Below are positions 11,872 through 24,868 of a stretch of DNA of 64,000 nucleotides, one piece after another. Position numbers and translations under genes: made by a program. The stretch spans positions 15,463,473 through 15,527,472 of the forward strand of contig CM119264.1 of the NCBI GenBank assembly GCA_051294375.1, read 5' to 3'. The DNA is from Paraspadella gotoi (Eukaryota; Animalia; Chaetognatha). The notes under the pieces were generated by a model that was not told the origin of the DNA, did no database searches, and worked only from the letters and a program-made list of their open reading frames with translations. Positions within the stretch are counted from its first letter, which is position 1. Every line of letters starts with the position of its first letter.

Positions 11872-13897
11872 TAAATTGTAAATTTTTAGAATTTTAATTA
11901 AAGTTAAATTTAGAAATTTTACTACGCCTTATTACCCATGCAAATTTTATCATATTTTTGAATCTGTGAACCAAACTTGAAGCTTTACATTAATAATACC
12001 ACCCTCGTTTGGTTCTACCAGACTTCCTTTACTTTTACCATAACCCTCGTTTATCTACAAAAAAAGGAAAATAGTAAAAAAGGCAATAAGAAGCAGATTC
12101 TTGGTGGCGAAAATCTCTTTGATTTGTCAGTTAAACCATATAGCCAAAAAAATATTAAAAATAATTATAATTATACAATATACACAAATGATAGCTGAGA
12201 CAAAAGATCTTACTCTCTGATCCATTATGTTATGATTTTGAATTTAGAAAATCTTATTTTTAGTTCAATCAATTTGAAAAATAAAATGAAAACTATTTTT
12301 TTCTAGATTTGACTTTCTTTTAAGTATTGTTATTGGCAGTGATTTTGATCAAGGAATTCAGAAAAAAAACCACTTTTTGCAATATTGCTAGAATATTACC
12401 TTCAAAATTGATTAATTTTGAATCCTAAGACAAAGTGACTCGATTACGGATTAATTTAAATCATCTGCTGCATTTTCTAATCAAGAATAAATATCATTTT
12501 TGCTACTTTTAATAAAAAAAATGTATTGTCCATTTTTGTCCATTTTCACTTTTGTCTTGCATCTCTGAGATTTGAATGCCAAGATCATTGAAGAAAATTT
12601 TTTACTCCGGCTTTCGGGTCCTTATCTTCTTTACCTCTGAGTTGGTTCATTTTCAGTGGTCATTTATTGTTTACCTATGAATTAATTTTTTAAATTGACT
12701 GGTCAAAAACTTACATTTTTACATTTTATTACAATTTGTTAAACCAAAATACTTCAAAATGTTCACAATTCTAATAAAATATTACCTATGAACGGTGCTT
12801 CTGGTACCTAAAAAAATATAGGGAAAAATATTTAATACTTATGCTGCAAAAAAATTTTTAAGTCAACTTTTAATTTGTGAGTATTTGTGAGGTGCGTTTT
12901 ATTTGAACTAAAACACGGTTTTTAACTCATTTTATAGTTTTAACAGATGATAAACATACTAAGGTTGACAAATTAAAAAAACCGCCTTCTTTCATTGAAA
13001 GGGGAAGCATCAGCAAATTAATTTCTCTCAATCGACAGCTTTTTGCGGAAAAAGATTCTTATGAGGAATTTAATCTTTAAAAATTATCTATACCATAAAA
13101 ATTCGTAACATACTTATTAGAGAAAACATCGTCTTTTTTCCTGGTGGCTCGATTTGCATAAATTTGGTACCGATCGACGTGGAATTACGTCTAGTTTACT
13201 GAAATAAAATTTCATTAAAATCGGTCCACGCGTTCAAAAGTTATGGGCAAAAAACGACAAAAAATAGCGCCTTCCGAGGGATCAACTTTCGCTACTGAAC
13301 GAGCGAAAAAGTGGTTAACATAAGGTTTGAACTACGTAGTACTAATCTTTAGTCCGGCCGAATCGACGCTAAAGTCGAAATCCTCATTCCGGGCCAAATA
13401 GAAATAAACGGAAAATTTCGGAGCTGACTACGCGAAAGAAAATGTTAATATAGGAAACGAATTTATAAGAGAATGAGGTAATATTATTACTGATAAAATT
13501 TAAATAAGTGATTGGATGATAATTTAATACTAATTGGGAGTTAATTTTACTTTCTCCGCCCGGGGTTAGGGATTAAGGGTTAGGGGTTAGTTACAGGGTG
13601 GTTAAGGGTGGTTTAAGGTTAGGGTAATCATTTATTTCATTTAAGTTTTTTGTTCTGAAGAATAAGTGTTTTTAAATAATTTTTTTAAGAAAACGCCAAA
13701 ACGGAGAATTTAGCCAAAATTGGTTTATAATTGGATGACCACGACTCCCAAAGAATCCCTTTGATCATTCGCCGCTTTCATCACTAGTGAGCTCTTTAGT
13801 CCTAATTTATAAATTAATTACTTTGTTTAATACAAGGCGGAACTATACCATACATCGACACAAAATTTATAAAATGATTACTCTAAAACTGAATAAT

Positions 13898-14590
13898 TTT
13901 TAGTCAGATCTGCTATAATTCACTTTGTCATCCGTCGGTCCGCCCCCTCAACCTTGTCGGGCATTCACTTATATCTTGTCAGAACATCGAATTATAATAA
14001 ATATATGCAAAAAAAAAAACGATGTCCGTCTGTCCCACTTTAACAAAAGATTCGAATTACTTGTGATTGGTTGGTTTGATTGGGATGAAATTTTGGGTGA
14101 GGGTAGGGAAGTGTGTGATTGAGCCGGATATGAAGTTTCGATGGAATCGTATTTGAATTTGAATCACTATTTGAACGCCATTTACTCATGAGTGGACGGG
14201 TAGGAGAGTGTGATTAAGCTGGAAATCAAGCTTCAATGGAATCGTTTGAGTGGAATAGTTTAAATTGAAAAAACCCAAAAAACTTGTTTCTATATGGATT
14301 AATGTATTATGCTTATTTTTTCTTTTATATCAAATGTAAATGCAAGATGTATTAATTAAATAATCCGTTAATTAATCAGACAATAATTAATAAATTAATT
14401 ATTCAATCAAATTATATCTATTAATTAATTAATTATTTAATCAATCAAGTCAATTGTTATTGCCATTATTGTCATCATCGCCATCATCGTCGTTGTTTTA
14501 TGTCATGGTCATTAATTAATTAACTTGAATTAATTAATTAATTACCGCTAATTATCGTGCAGATCCGAGATTGTTTGCTCAAACTTGTTT
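13898..14590 (+). mobile_element. Complete short HINE (Helentron-derived) nested in the hAT-like element; noisy duplicate at ~39370-40096
   Basis: 5' TTTTAGTCAGATCTGC, GTCCGTCTGTCC microsatellite, and 3' subTIR GCAGATCCGA followed by stem-loop GTTTG-CT-CAAAC and TTGTTT. Inserted in a T-run with no TSD. Confidence 0.8.
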
Positions 14591-15394
14591 AATACTTTTG
14601 AGTTAAACCGTTATTATTAAAAATCCTTGCCGTACTCAGTCTTTCTCTGTTTCCTACTAAACCTAGGTGCGGGCTATTCACTTTGTATGACTTTAAGCAT
14701 TGAAGACGTGTTTTACAGTTTAGCATCATATTGTAATAATATAAACATAACATAACGAAGTATAAACGTTCAAAATAAGCAAATATCCAATTGTATAGAA
14801 CCATAATGAATCCGTGAAATAAAACCGTAAGGGCATCCGTAAAGCATCGGAAAAAGCGTCGGAAAGGGATCCGAGAAAGCAGCCGTGGACTGTGACAGAT
14901 TATACAACGATTTAATATAAAATGTTCGAATTATAAACGCATTAAAACTTATTAAAAACGAATTAAGAACCATTTAAACGGACCTGGTATACACGTCGAA
15001 CTTTAAGAAATTTGGCGATTACATAAGCATAAAAATATACATTTTAACTTTAGAAATAAATGGCGTTGAATACAGAGAGAGAATTTGGCATTAAATTCGA
15101 AGCAGCAAAAAACGGTAACGTGCAGGATATCGTCTGTGAACCGAATTAAAAATAGGACGAGAGAGAAAAGACTGGTTTGTCGCGAATGTGGGGCAAACAA
15201 AAGATCAGTTTTCGAAATGAAGTAAAAAAAATATTCTAATCTATTGCAAAGGTTATATTAAATGACAAAAAAAAGTATTTAAATATTAAGCTCCTATCAA
15301 ATAATTTAAAACATTTTTACATGCCCAGTTCATAAAAGAATACAGTACAAGCATTTATATCCCAAATGAATCATCTCCGTATATTTTATATGCA

Positions 15395-15500
15395 AATCCC
15401 CGCGCTTTTGGCAAAAAATTATCCCCGCGTCTTTTGGCTGTGAATCATCCCTGGGTCTTTTTGCTGCGATTCATCCCCGCGTCTTTTTGCTGTGAATCAT
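15395..15500 (+). repeat. ~26-bp minisatellite (GCTGTGAATCATCCCCGCGTCTTTTT) x~4
   Basis: Direct tandem copies, also present at ~40975-41075. Confidence 0.7.
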
Positions 15501-16225
15501 GTTGGGAATATTGGGTTAGAATAAATCTTGGTTCAAAAAATTTCTTATATCATTTCATTTAATAAAAATTATCAGATCGTCTAAATTACAATAAAGTCAT
15601 ATTTAACAGAATGGACAATTGATATTTGCTATTTCATCGATGCTTAGTTGCGTTTTTATTAAATTATAATTCAAAAAATTTGTATACACCCAACCAGACA
15701 TTTATTATCAGTTTAGTTTGAATTTTTAATATTCCTATATCATTCAAAATTAATTAACCTGGATGCCGCTTCCTCCACTTTCTGGGCCCAATCGTAAACA
15801 GCTGGGACCCAGCCATTTCCAAAACATCAGCTATATAAAAAAAGGATATTATTTGTTAAATGCAATACACAAAAATGACAATGTTATAAGAAAATAAAAA
15901 TTTAAAAAACAACCGAGTGATATAATAGGATTCAAAAAATAAGGACTCATGTCTGAAAAAGATTGAAAGTATAGTAATCTTGGCAGATGTTACTATTAAA
16001 AAAATGGTAATGTTCCATTTACTACAACTATATTGCCCCCTACCTATTTGCCCGTCTCGCCACTAAGGTCACAGACTCATTTGCTGAGAACTGGACAGAT
16101 GGATTCTCCCTCTCCGTTGTTCTTGCAAAACTGGACAGCGGCGCCGCAGAGACCTCATGTACTCGTCCCGCCGGCCGCGGCGAGACGAAGAGTGGCTTGG
16201 TGGCGGCGGCAAAGCCTTTGGCGTA

Positions 16226-16619
16226 CATGGTGACAATTCTAAAACCGCCGCTAAAAAAAACCATTTGCAAACCCATAAAAAATTTTTAATGTTAAATATG
16301 AAGTTAAAAATAAAAACCAAAACTATTTATATATATAAATTTTATACATTTTTAATTCTCTTCACATTTTTAAGGGCTTTCAGAAAATATTAATATGGAT
16401 AATAAAAGAATGCTAAAAGTTCAAAGAAAAATTAAATTTAAAAACAATGAGTTGGAAAAAGAGACCCAATTTTAAAGGCCAACTTTCTCCACTCTTTTTC
16501 AAAGCATATCTCAAATAACTGATCAATATAAAATTTTGATAATTTTTACTCAACTTTTAAAATCAATGGTTTACAAATGGCAGCGTTTTTTTACCGGTGG
16601 TTTTAGTATTGTCACTATG
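16226..16619. mobile_element. Tc1/mariner-type MITE (~394 bp, TA TSD); duplicate at ~41845-42256
   Basis: TIRs CATGGTGACAATTCTAAAACCGCCG / CGGTGGTTTTAGTATTGTCACTATG. TA is present on the left (16224-16225), and TA on the right is visible in the copy at 36391. Confidence 0.8.
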
Positions 16620-16624
16620 TCGCT

Positions 16625-17294
16625 ATGACACCTCACATCGAGGGCTTCGGTTTCACACTGCGAATTGAGAAAACAAAATCTCAAGCGAACCTCCAACAAA
16701 ATGAAGTTGGAGTTCGAGGGATGTTCAAGTCAAGTTGAAGTGACTCCAAATAGCCCATCGTCCGACTTGCAAACCTTTATCGTGAAGATTAGTCAAAAAA
16801 GGAACGAACCACAATCTCAGGCTTCGGGAACGAACTCCCTAAATACGCCCACAAGAGTCTGGGAAGAGGAAGGAGCTGGAGGACAGCGGCAGCGGGAAGG
16901 AGTTCGATAGGCTGTCAGGCACCTGTGTCCGGGATAGTACACAAATAAAGTGCAGTTTGTCCATTAACGGAGTCGCCTGTCAGTCCTTTTTTTACCGCCA
17001 TGTGGCTTTATCCTCTCTCTCTCTCTCTTTCTTCTCTCTCTCTCTCTTCTCCTCTCTATCTCTCTCTCGCTCTTCTCTCTCTCTCTCTCTCTCTTCTCTC
17101 CTCTCTCTCTCCTCTCTCTTTTCTCTCTCCAGCGAACCACCTTGATCGGGAAACCCAACTGTCCGCCGCCAACGACGAAGATGCTTGCCTCAAAACGAAA
17201 GCTCAAGTTTGCAGCAAAAGAAACGCGAATTGGGTGCGGCGAAAATGCACTACAACGCTAGAGTCAATGAGAACAAAGTCCTGGCCCGGGAGGT

Positions 17295-17325
<31 letters not shown>

Positions 17326-17339
17326 GAGAGAGAGAGAGA

Positions 17340-17377
<38 letters not shown>

Positions 17378-19709
17378 AAGGCTCTTCTTGGCCCTCTGGC
17401 CGTTCCAACCCATCAGGTCCAAGGGAAATTGAGAGAGAAAGAAGAAAGTCTTGGGAGGATCAATGCGCGGATCGCGAAGTCAGCATACGCGAAGTTCTGT
17501 CGCTTGGAGACGGAGTGAACGCGAACGTCTTCCAGGGTCAAACGGCTTGGAGGATTCTAGGGTCGAGACGCCGCAGAATATCCAAACCAGGTCGATTAGG
17601 GGGGGGGGGCGAGAGGGCGGCTTTATTTTCCCAAGAAAGCCCATTTTTATTCTTAAAATTCGGATTAAGTTAATTTTGTTGAATAAAAAACCTAACTCGG
17701 TTAAAAGTTCGTTTCAAGATATAGGCTTAGGGATTAGGTTAGTGATTAAGATTAGTAGACTTGCGTTTGTAATTTTAAGGTTAGGGAATTTGGGTTAGGA
17801 ACTAGCCAAAAAACGAGACTAATATTAGAAAAATTTGGCGTTAATTTCTATTTTCAACGATATACAACTCGTCTGAAAAAAAATCCAACAGCTACTGATC
17901 TTTTTTAATAATATGTTGTTGGCGGTATATTCACACCGCCTCACGTCCACCATCCATCAGCAAAATCCATTGGCTCAGAGGGGGAACACACCATCCCAGG
18001 CGTAGTGTTCCATCCACAGTCCTAACGGATTTCCCTCTGCGTTGGCAAGCGAGACCGTCCTAGGGTAACCGCGCCAGTGGACTGGAGGCGTCAATGAGGG
18101 TCGGAAGGCCCCCAAAGCCAACAGTGAAGATGCCCCAATCCCAATGGGCATCACAAGGAACCCGGCTGTTGCCATAAGTGGTGAAGCCTTACTATCGAAC
18201 ACGCAACCTTCTCAGGGTACGCTAGACAAATGCCTATGCACCTGCCGACTTTTGGGACGCTACGACAAACGCCTGATGCCCCTGGGTACGCTACGACAAA
18301 AACGCCTATGCCCCCACAACTCGCACCGCTCTCTCTCTCTCCCACTATCGGTAACCAGTCTTGTCAGACACCTCTCAGGGCTGAGGAACCTGAGTGATGT
18401 CTGGCCCGGGGATCCCTGTGGCGGGTATTATTCACACCGCCTCACGAATCCACCATCCATCAGCCAAATCCATTTGGCTCAGAGGGGGAAACACACCATC
18501 CCAGGCGTAGTGTTCATCCACAGTCCTAACGATTCCCCTCTGCGTTGGGCAAAGCAGAGGACCGTCCTAGGGTAACCGCCCAGTGACTGAGGCGTCACTG
18601 AGGGTCGGAAGCCCCCAAAGCCAACAGTGAGATGCTCCCATCCCAATGGCATCAAGGCAACCCGGCGTTGCCATAATGTCATATTTTTTTTTACAATTTT
18701 TTTGGAAATTTTGGCCGCTCAGCTTTTTCTGACTGAAATGCCACTCTCGGAAAAAAGATGAGAGACATTGAATGATCAAGAGGATCCCCACGAGAAGTTG
18801 AAAACGAAAATTAAGGCAAAAAAAATGAGGAAATTTTTTAAAAAATTCAAAGTGGATCTTTTATTTCTGCTTCTTTGTTCCTTCCTCTTAATATCATAGC
18901 TCCTCTTGCCCTCACCCAATCTGCGCCCTCTCACCCCCCCCCCCTCCTAAAGATTCCGGATCCTCGCCGCGACTGAACCGACGACCCAACGAGCTGCTGG
19001 AGCGGATGCGATACGCTCCATCCGCCGCCTCATAGAAAGACGGAAGAAGTAGAGCATTAAAGAGAGAGCTTGGAGATCTGGAAACGGCTTCGTCGACGAG
19101 CAAGGCGCGTATGATCCGGCGATTGCCCAGGGACGCAGATGCGAAAGTTGGCCGCCGCTAAACAGGACGATCAGGGTGAGCTTGAAAGTTTAATCGCTAT
19201 TATTATATTACTGATTAAATGAGCGCCTTATTGTCGCGACTATAACTTAGGACAAATTACAAATTAGTGTCCAGTTAAAATATTTTTTAAGAGGAATATT
19301 AAATCTTATGATAAAATATTCGATATACAGAATAGTGGCTTAGAAACACGGCAAAAACATAACTAGTATTCAATTCAAAATAAAAATTGAACTCATTTAC
19401 ATTTAACACTACAATATGTTATTATGTTAAATAAGATTGAAGAAATTTAACCATTTTAGATTATCATATTAAATAATCATCTCTTTACATATTGTCATTA
19501 ATTGTGAGGTTTGTCATGAGAATCCGTATCAATTAAAAACTAGAAAAGACAAGCAAACAATTTCAGGCAATGCTGGGCGAGTTGCAAGTCTGGGCGCGCC
19601 AAGGCTGTCCAGGACGCCGAGGCGAGAAACAGCAGTTGGAATGAATAGCGCCAACGAGAACAGAACGGAGTATCTGCGGATGAAGAAAGACTATCAGTCG
19701 AAAAAATAG
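16625..19709 (+). CDS. Multi-exon coiled-coil protein gene (5' end missing, frameshifted by read errors)
   Basis: Exon-like blocks ~16625-16975, 17133-17292, 17417-17590, 18953-19175 and 19567-19709 with AG/GT borders. They encode heptad-like E/K/Q/L peptides (LQQKKRELGAAKMHYNARVNENKVLARE; VQGKLREKEESL; LKRELGDLETASSTSKAR; NRTEYLRMKKDYQSKK*). Confidence 0.6.
17917..18675 (+). mobile_element. TRIM-like miniature LTR retrotransposon in an intron
   Basis: Direct repeats of ~260 bp (17917-18176, 18417-18675) with TGT(T)GGC...GCCATA termini, 4-bp TSD ATGT, PBS-like agTGGTGAAGCC after the 5' LTR, and a 240-bp non-coding interior. Confidence 0.8.
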
Positions 19710-20229
19710 CGTAGCCCACAATGTGACTGTAAGATTCGCAATAAGCAACATAACATTATGAAATTATTCAAAAATTATCTTGGAACAGAAATTGGAAGAA
19801 AAATTAAGAAGTTCCGGAAGGTGGGACGGTTCAAAGGGCTTGTGGCCAAAAGTGTGACCTGAATCCTCACACAAAATTTCGTCTCAAACTTCCCAAAATA
19901 GATAAATAATAAACTAAACCGTAGTAAAATTTAGTCCGCAATTTAAAATAATAGTTTAATACTAGACTATATTTATACTTAATTTAGTTAGTGAGTAGTG
20001 ATCGAATTCGAAATCATTGTAGTGGGATTAAAAATTAAATATTTTTTTTTAAAGCCGTCTTAAAGTTAAAAGTGTAGGATCTAGGGCCGTTGCAGTCTTG
20101 ACTAGTATCCGTAAAGTATCTAGTATCTGACGAATATCTGAATCGTACGGATTCAAAGTTTAGAAACAAAGAAATAAATAATAGAGAGAGAGAGAGAGAA
20201 GGCTAGAGATGAGAGCGCGGAGTGGATTT

Positions 20230-20374
20230 AGAGGGGGAGAAATGAGGGGGGATTTATTGCCGTAGTCCGTGGCGCCGGTGTAATGGAAAATAGCTCTTGA
20301 CGAGATGGAAGTGGGAGACGACGATGGAGAGATGAGAGAAAAGAGAGAAAGAGAGAGATAGAGAGAAGAGAGAA

Positions 20375-20412
<38 letters not shown>

Positions 20413-22150
20413 GAGAGAGAAAGAGAGAGAGAGAGAGAGAAGACTCACTTAAAATCTTATGTCTCGGAATTGGACGCCATTGTTCTCCTTTTCTATTCCC
20501 TCTTTTTTCGATCCCCCCCCTCGTTCGCATCGTCTCGTCTGTGATCCCGCTGAAAAACGTCATTCCGAACCAATAAGGCCTTCGGATGTCCCATCGATAA
20601 ATTGGGCCGATAATTCGACGCGAGGTTCGGACCCCCACATTTCGTAATGACAGGGTAAGGTTTACGATGACCAGAGCTTTGATGGAAGGTGGCAGTCGAG
20701 CGTGAACCGTCGAGGCATTTTTACTTTTCCGCTTGGTGGTCGTCGGGTGACCGAACCCGGAGTTACGATTATCGTATCGAGCGTGAAGTTCATTTCGTCG
20801 TTCCGTCGTCCGTTTCGTCGTCGTTCGTCGTTGGGGAAACAAGCGATTCGTTATCGCAAATTTCAGTTGGCGTCAGTCATCCTTGGCTCCTTATCCATTC
20901 GACTTCTCTGAGAAAGCGATTTTCCATTTCCTTGATTCGTTATTATGTATAAGATGTATTTATAACCAGCACAATTATAGGCGAGACCTTTTAAAGATCT
21001 TCGTGGAACTGGACAATGAATTCTTTTGACAATGGATGCAATAGTTTGATTTTGATTGAATTTTACGACAAAAAATCTTACAACGATCTGAGATTACGGC
21101 TTCGTCGGATGTCATCATCCATTTACGAAATTCGGTTAAATTTTGTATTCGACGAAAAGGGGAAAAAGGAGAATGAAAAGGAAAATAAAAGGAAATCGAT
21201 TTGTATAAGGATAACGAGGACCGAAGAGCCTCGATAAAATAACGTTAATATAATGCGTCGCCTTCTTTCATCATTTTATAGATCTATTCCGATTTAATAG
21301 GCCACAACGGGATTCAATCGTTACTTTCATGTTCAAATTACGTCTCGGTGATGTAAAGATGTATAATAAACTGTGTTTAGGGAAAAAACAAACATGTAAA
21401 ACTGATAGTGAGACGAAAATTAGTAATATAAAAAGGAGAGACGAATTGTGCCGTGTGTAATAGAAGGTTTAACATTCTTCGATGAGAACATTACAATGAT
21501 GGAAAAGAAACCAAAACTGAACAATTATGAGGCTTTTTAAAAAATTTAAAAAATTAATTTATATATTTCAATAATTTTTAATTTTTTCTCATTTTAAATG
21601 AGTTAACCTTAATCAAAATTATTGATTAAAAGTACAACTGTGGCGTACAATTATTAATTATTACGCTTTTTTGTATATTATAATTTAATAACTATATACT
21701 TAAATCAAATAAATTTATTAAACTTTTTTTTAAACAAAGTTTCATATGCTTTATTGTTATTATACCGCATACCTTATATTTTGAATCAAAGATAGCTCAA
21801 TCAAAAATCAGAAAAAGAATTTAAAATTAAAATTATATTACAAGTTTTTAATAGCTCCTGAAACTAAAGGAAAGTTGAGGCGACTTATCTTTTCCATCAT
21901 GGAACGAACGGTTTTTAAATACAATCATTCCCTTTGCCCTTAGGGGTGGGTTTAAACTTCAGGCCTCTTTGTTCTCGATTGGCGCCCAGAAGTGCTGTTA
22001 ATCTCAAACTCTTCTTTTTGTTTGTTGGGAATCCGAATGAAAGATGTTGTTGTTGTGTTGTAAGCGCGACTCCGTACTTGAGATTGAAATCCAGATCGAT
22101 CCTGAGCCGGGCCTCTCCACTTAAGACTATTGCGTCTCCCAAACCGCGGT
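20230..22150 (-). CDS. Unidentified multi-exon gene divergent from PDI (noisy)
   Basis: Exon-like GC-richer blocks on the minus strand at ~21925-22150 (GDAIVLSGEARLRIDLDFNLKYGVALTTQQQHLSFGF), ~20990-21350, ~20450-20907 (tttctcag acceptor, gtgagt donor) and ~20230-20297. Confidence 0.4.
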
Positions 22151-22557
22151 AAACTCGAAATTACATTTTTTTTTTCGGGTAAAACTTAAACTTACAGTAA
22201 GCGTGTGTAAACAAACACAAACCGCATGCCTTTTTAATAATTTCGAATAACTATGCTATAAATTAAATTATAAATAAAATTATATTAATATTAATAAAAT
22301 AAAATTATGTAGCTGTTAAGAAAAACTAACGCGTATTAGTAAAGTCTTTTATAATTATTTTCAGTTTATATTTGTTCAAAGAACGTAAAGTTATCGGTTA
22401 CACTTCTTGTCGTAACATAGCTACGATAGAAAAGACTAACGAGGATCTTGAACGAAAAATGCTTAGCAACGGTACCAATACAAACAAACCTTGTTCTGCT
22501 TCATTCTTACCGAGAAAAGGATTTGTATTAACTTTTTTTTTTAAAGGAAATAAAAAA

Positions 22558-24868
22558 ATGAAAAATTTTTTCTTTCTCTTGTTCGCTCTGCTTTCGAGAA
22601 CTTTTCGGAGGAATTTCCCGAAGAGGATGAGCGTTCTCGTGCTGAACCAAGGAACTTCATTGAATGCCATCCTCAGTACCAAACACATCCTTGGTGGAGT
22701 TCTACGCCCCCTGGGCGGACAACTTGCAAACGCTCGCGACCGAATTACGCGGAGGCAGCTCGGGAAGCTGAAAGAGGAAAAATCGGACATTCCGCCTCGC
22801 CAAAGTTTAGTTTTATTTTTAACGAGACTTTCGGCCTACGATAAGAGCATCAATGCGTGCAAGAACGTTCCATCTCTGGAAGGTCGACGCAACTACGGAG
22901 AAGCAGCTAGCAAGCCAGTTTGAGGTCAGGAGGATTCCCCACCATCAAGTTCTTTCGTCAACCGGAGTTCTTCGCGACTTCAAAAGGAGGAAGCAGAGAC
23001 CGAACAGATCATCGCTGGCTGAAGAAGGAAGACGGGCGATCCGGCCAGGCTGCTTGCCACGGCTGCTGAGTGAAATAATTTTTGGGTTTTTAGTTGAGCT
23101 CAAACATCTGTCTTCTTTAATCGCTCTCTTTCCCGCCTTCCCTCAGGTGGAGAGATTCCAGAAACAACGTCTCCCTTGCGTCATTGGATACTTTCCGAAT
23201 CCGGATTCTGAAGAGGTCAAAAACATTTGTGAAAGCCGGCCGATATAGACGACAGCGTGGGAATATGCCATCACGAACGATAAGGACGTGAGTTAATCAC
23301 TACGAATCGTGAAAGAATATGTTTTGAGTTTTATGCTCACGAAAAGATTTGTTTTTGACATTCTCTTCCTGTTTTCGCAAAAAAGGATCATGGAGGCGGC
23401 AAACGCACAAAAACCCGCGTTTGATCTCTATTCTGACTACGACCGAAGAAAAATTCACTTTACGGCTGAGAGCGAGGCTTTTAACCCGGAAGGCATCGAA
23501 TCTTTCGTCAAGGTACGTACGCCGTCATTAGCTTTTCGATCGATAGCTAAAACTCGTGCCGATTTCTTTTTTCAGCGGAATCTGGTGCCGATCGGTGCGG
23601 AGTTTGACGACACCTCCTCCAGCAGAGTCTTCGCCTCCGACATCAAAAGGCAAGCTCGTCCATCATGTCCGGTGACTCTGCGCCAATATCGAGGATCACA
23701 AGGCGACCGTTAAAACTGTCGCCTGGGAGGTTTAAAGGCCAGGTTCGCGCGAGTGGTGGGGGGGGGTATGAAGGGAGGTTGGTTTTTCAGGTTTCCATGT
23801 TATGATATGTTACGCTTTTTTTCGCTTAAGGATGTCGTTCATGTGGATCGACGCGGATAAAGAAGTAAACGCGGGAGTTACTGCGGTTTTTCGACGAGGA
23901 AGAACCTTCAGAAGCTAGAGTGGAACCACTGAAATTTTAAAAAGAGATTTAATAACTCATCTTTAGATAAGAGAATTTCGTTTTTCTAGGGATAATAAAT
24001 CGAGGCGATATTTTGCGAGCCGTAAACTTCAGGCACACCAATTGAACCATTTTAAACCCGAAGATCCAACATTGAAGCGAAGACAATTTTGCGAATGGTT
24101 TGCCACGAAGTTTTGGCGGGTTGTGAAGTGGAGTAAGTTCGACTGTCGTCAAAAGAATACTATTAAGATAGGAGGATCAGTGACAGTGAACGCAATTCCT
24201 CGACAGCGCCACCTCAAAGCCGCGCCTCTGCCGGAACGATTGGGACGCGAAACCCGTCCAAGAGTCCTCGTCGGCGTCGAACTTCGATCTGTCGTCCAAG
24301 GAGGGAAAAATGTTCCTCGTAAGAATTCGTACGCTCCTTGTGCGTCATTGCAAGAAGCTGGAGCCGATCTACAACGAGCTGGCCGAAAAGGTTTGAGGCG
24401 AGAAATGAGTTGAGGGCGTCATCGATTAGCTATTGGCGACTAATTCCTGAACTTCCTTGTATTTATCGGGAAACACAGAAATCTTAATCACTAAGCATGG
24501 GACGCGACGGCGAACGAATTTGAAAGACGTTCGTTGTACAAGGCTTTCCTACCATCAAATACTTTAAAGCCGACGGGCAGCGTCGTTGACTATAAGTTCG
24601 AGTTTTGTTTTGTTCTTTAGATATTGTTTAAACTCGTTTCGAGTTGTATTTAGTTATTAAATTCAACAAATCAGGGAGCCGACTCTGGAGGCGCTCACGA
24701 AATTTTTGGGAGAGCGGTTGGAAAAGTGGGAGGGGAGAGGAGGGCAGCGAGAAGAGGAGAATCTTGATGAGGAACAAAAAAGAGAGCAAAGAAGAGGAGA
24801 GCAAAGCAGGAGAGCGAAGAAAAGCAAGCAGATAAAAGGCAAGGAGAATGTAAAAACATGCAAATTAG
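22558..24868 (+). CDS. PDI: Protein disulfide-isomerase (PDIA1/P4HB-like, a-b-b'-a'-c architecture), ~10 exons, frameshifted by sequencing indels
   Basis: Signal peptide MKNFFFLLFALL, then VEFYAPW[CGHC]K..KLKEEKSDI.LAK|VDATTEKQLASQFEVRGFPTIKFF, VIGYFPNPDSEE, RHLKAAPLP.DWDAKPV.VLVG.NF, EFYAPW[CGHC]KKLEPIYNELAEK and MDATANE..VQGFPTIKYF. It ends in an acidic tail, NVKH.. (ER-retention-like). Peptides were reconstructed across indels. Confidence 0.9.

Larger units (their letters stand above)
13118..16619 (+). mobile_element. Left half of the ~6.4-kb hAT-like element (duplicate of 38568-42255), truncated by an assembly junction
   Basis: Starts TAGAGAAAACATCG after ATACTTAT. Collinear with 38568-42255 and shares the same left flank (12560-13117 = 37985-38567). 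Confidence 0.75.

Noticed and set aside
12560-16620. True 4-kb segmental duplication with 37985-42255
   Set aside because: Same flank and same nested insertions, with differences that are scattered 1-nt indels typical of raw long reads. Probably the same locus assembled twice.
16957-17673. ORFs rich in ER/SL dipeptides (also 4480-4876, 35852-36182, 49504-49707, 56948-57228)
   Set aside because: These are translations of (AG)n/(CT)n microsatellites or purine-rich tracts.
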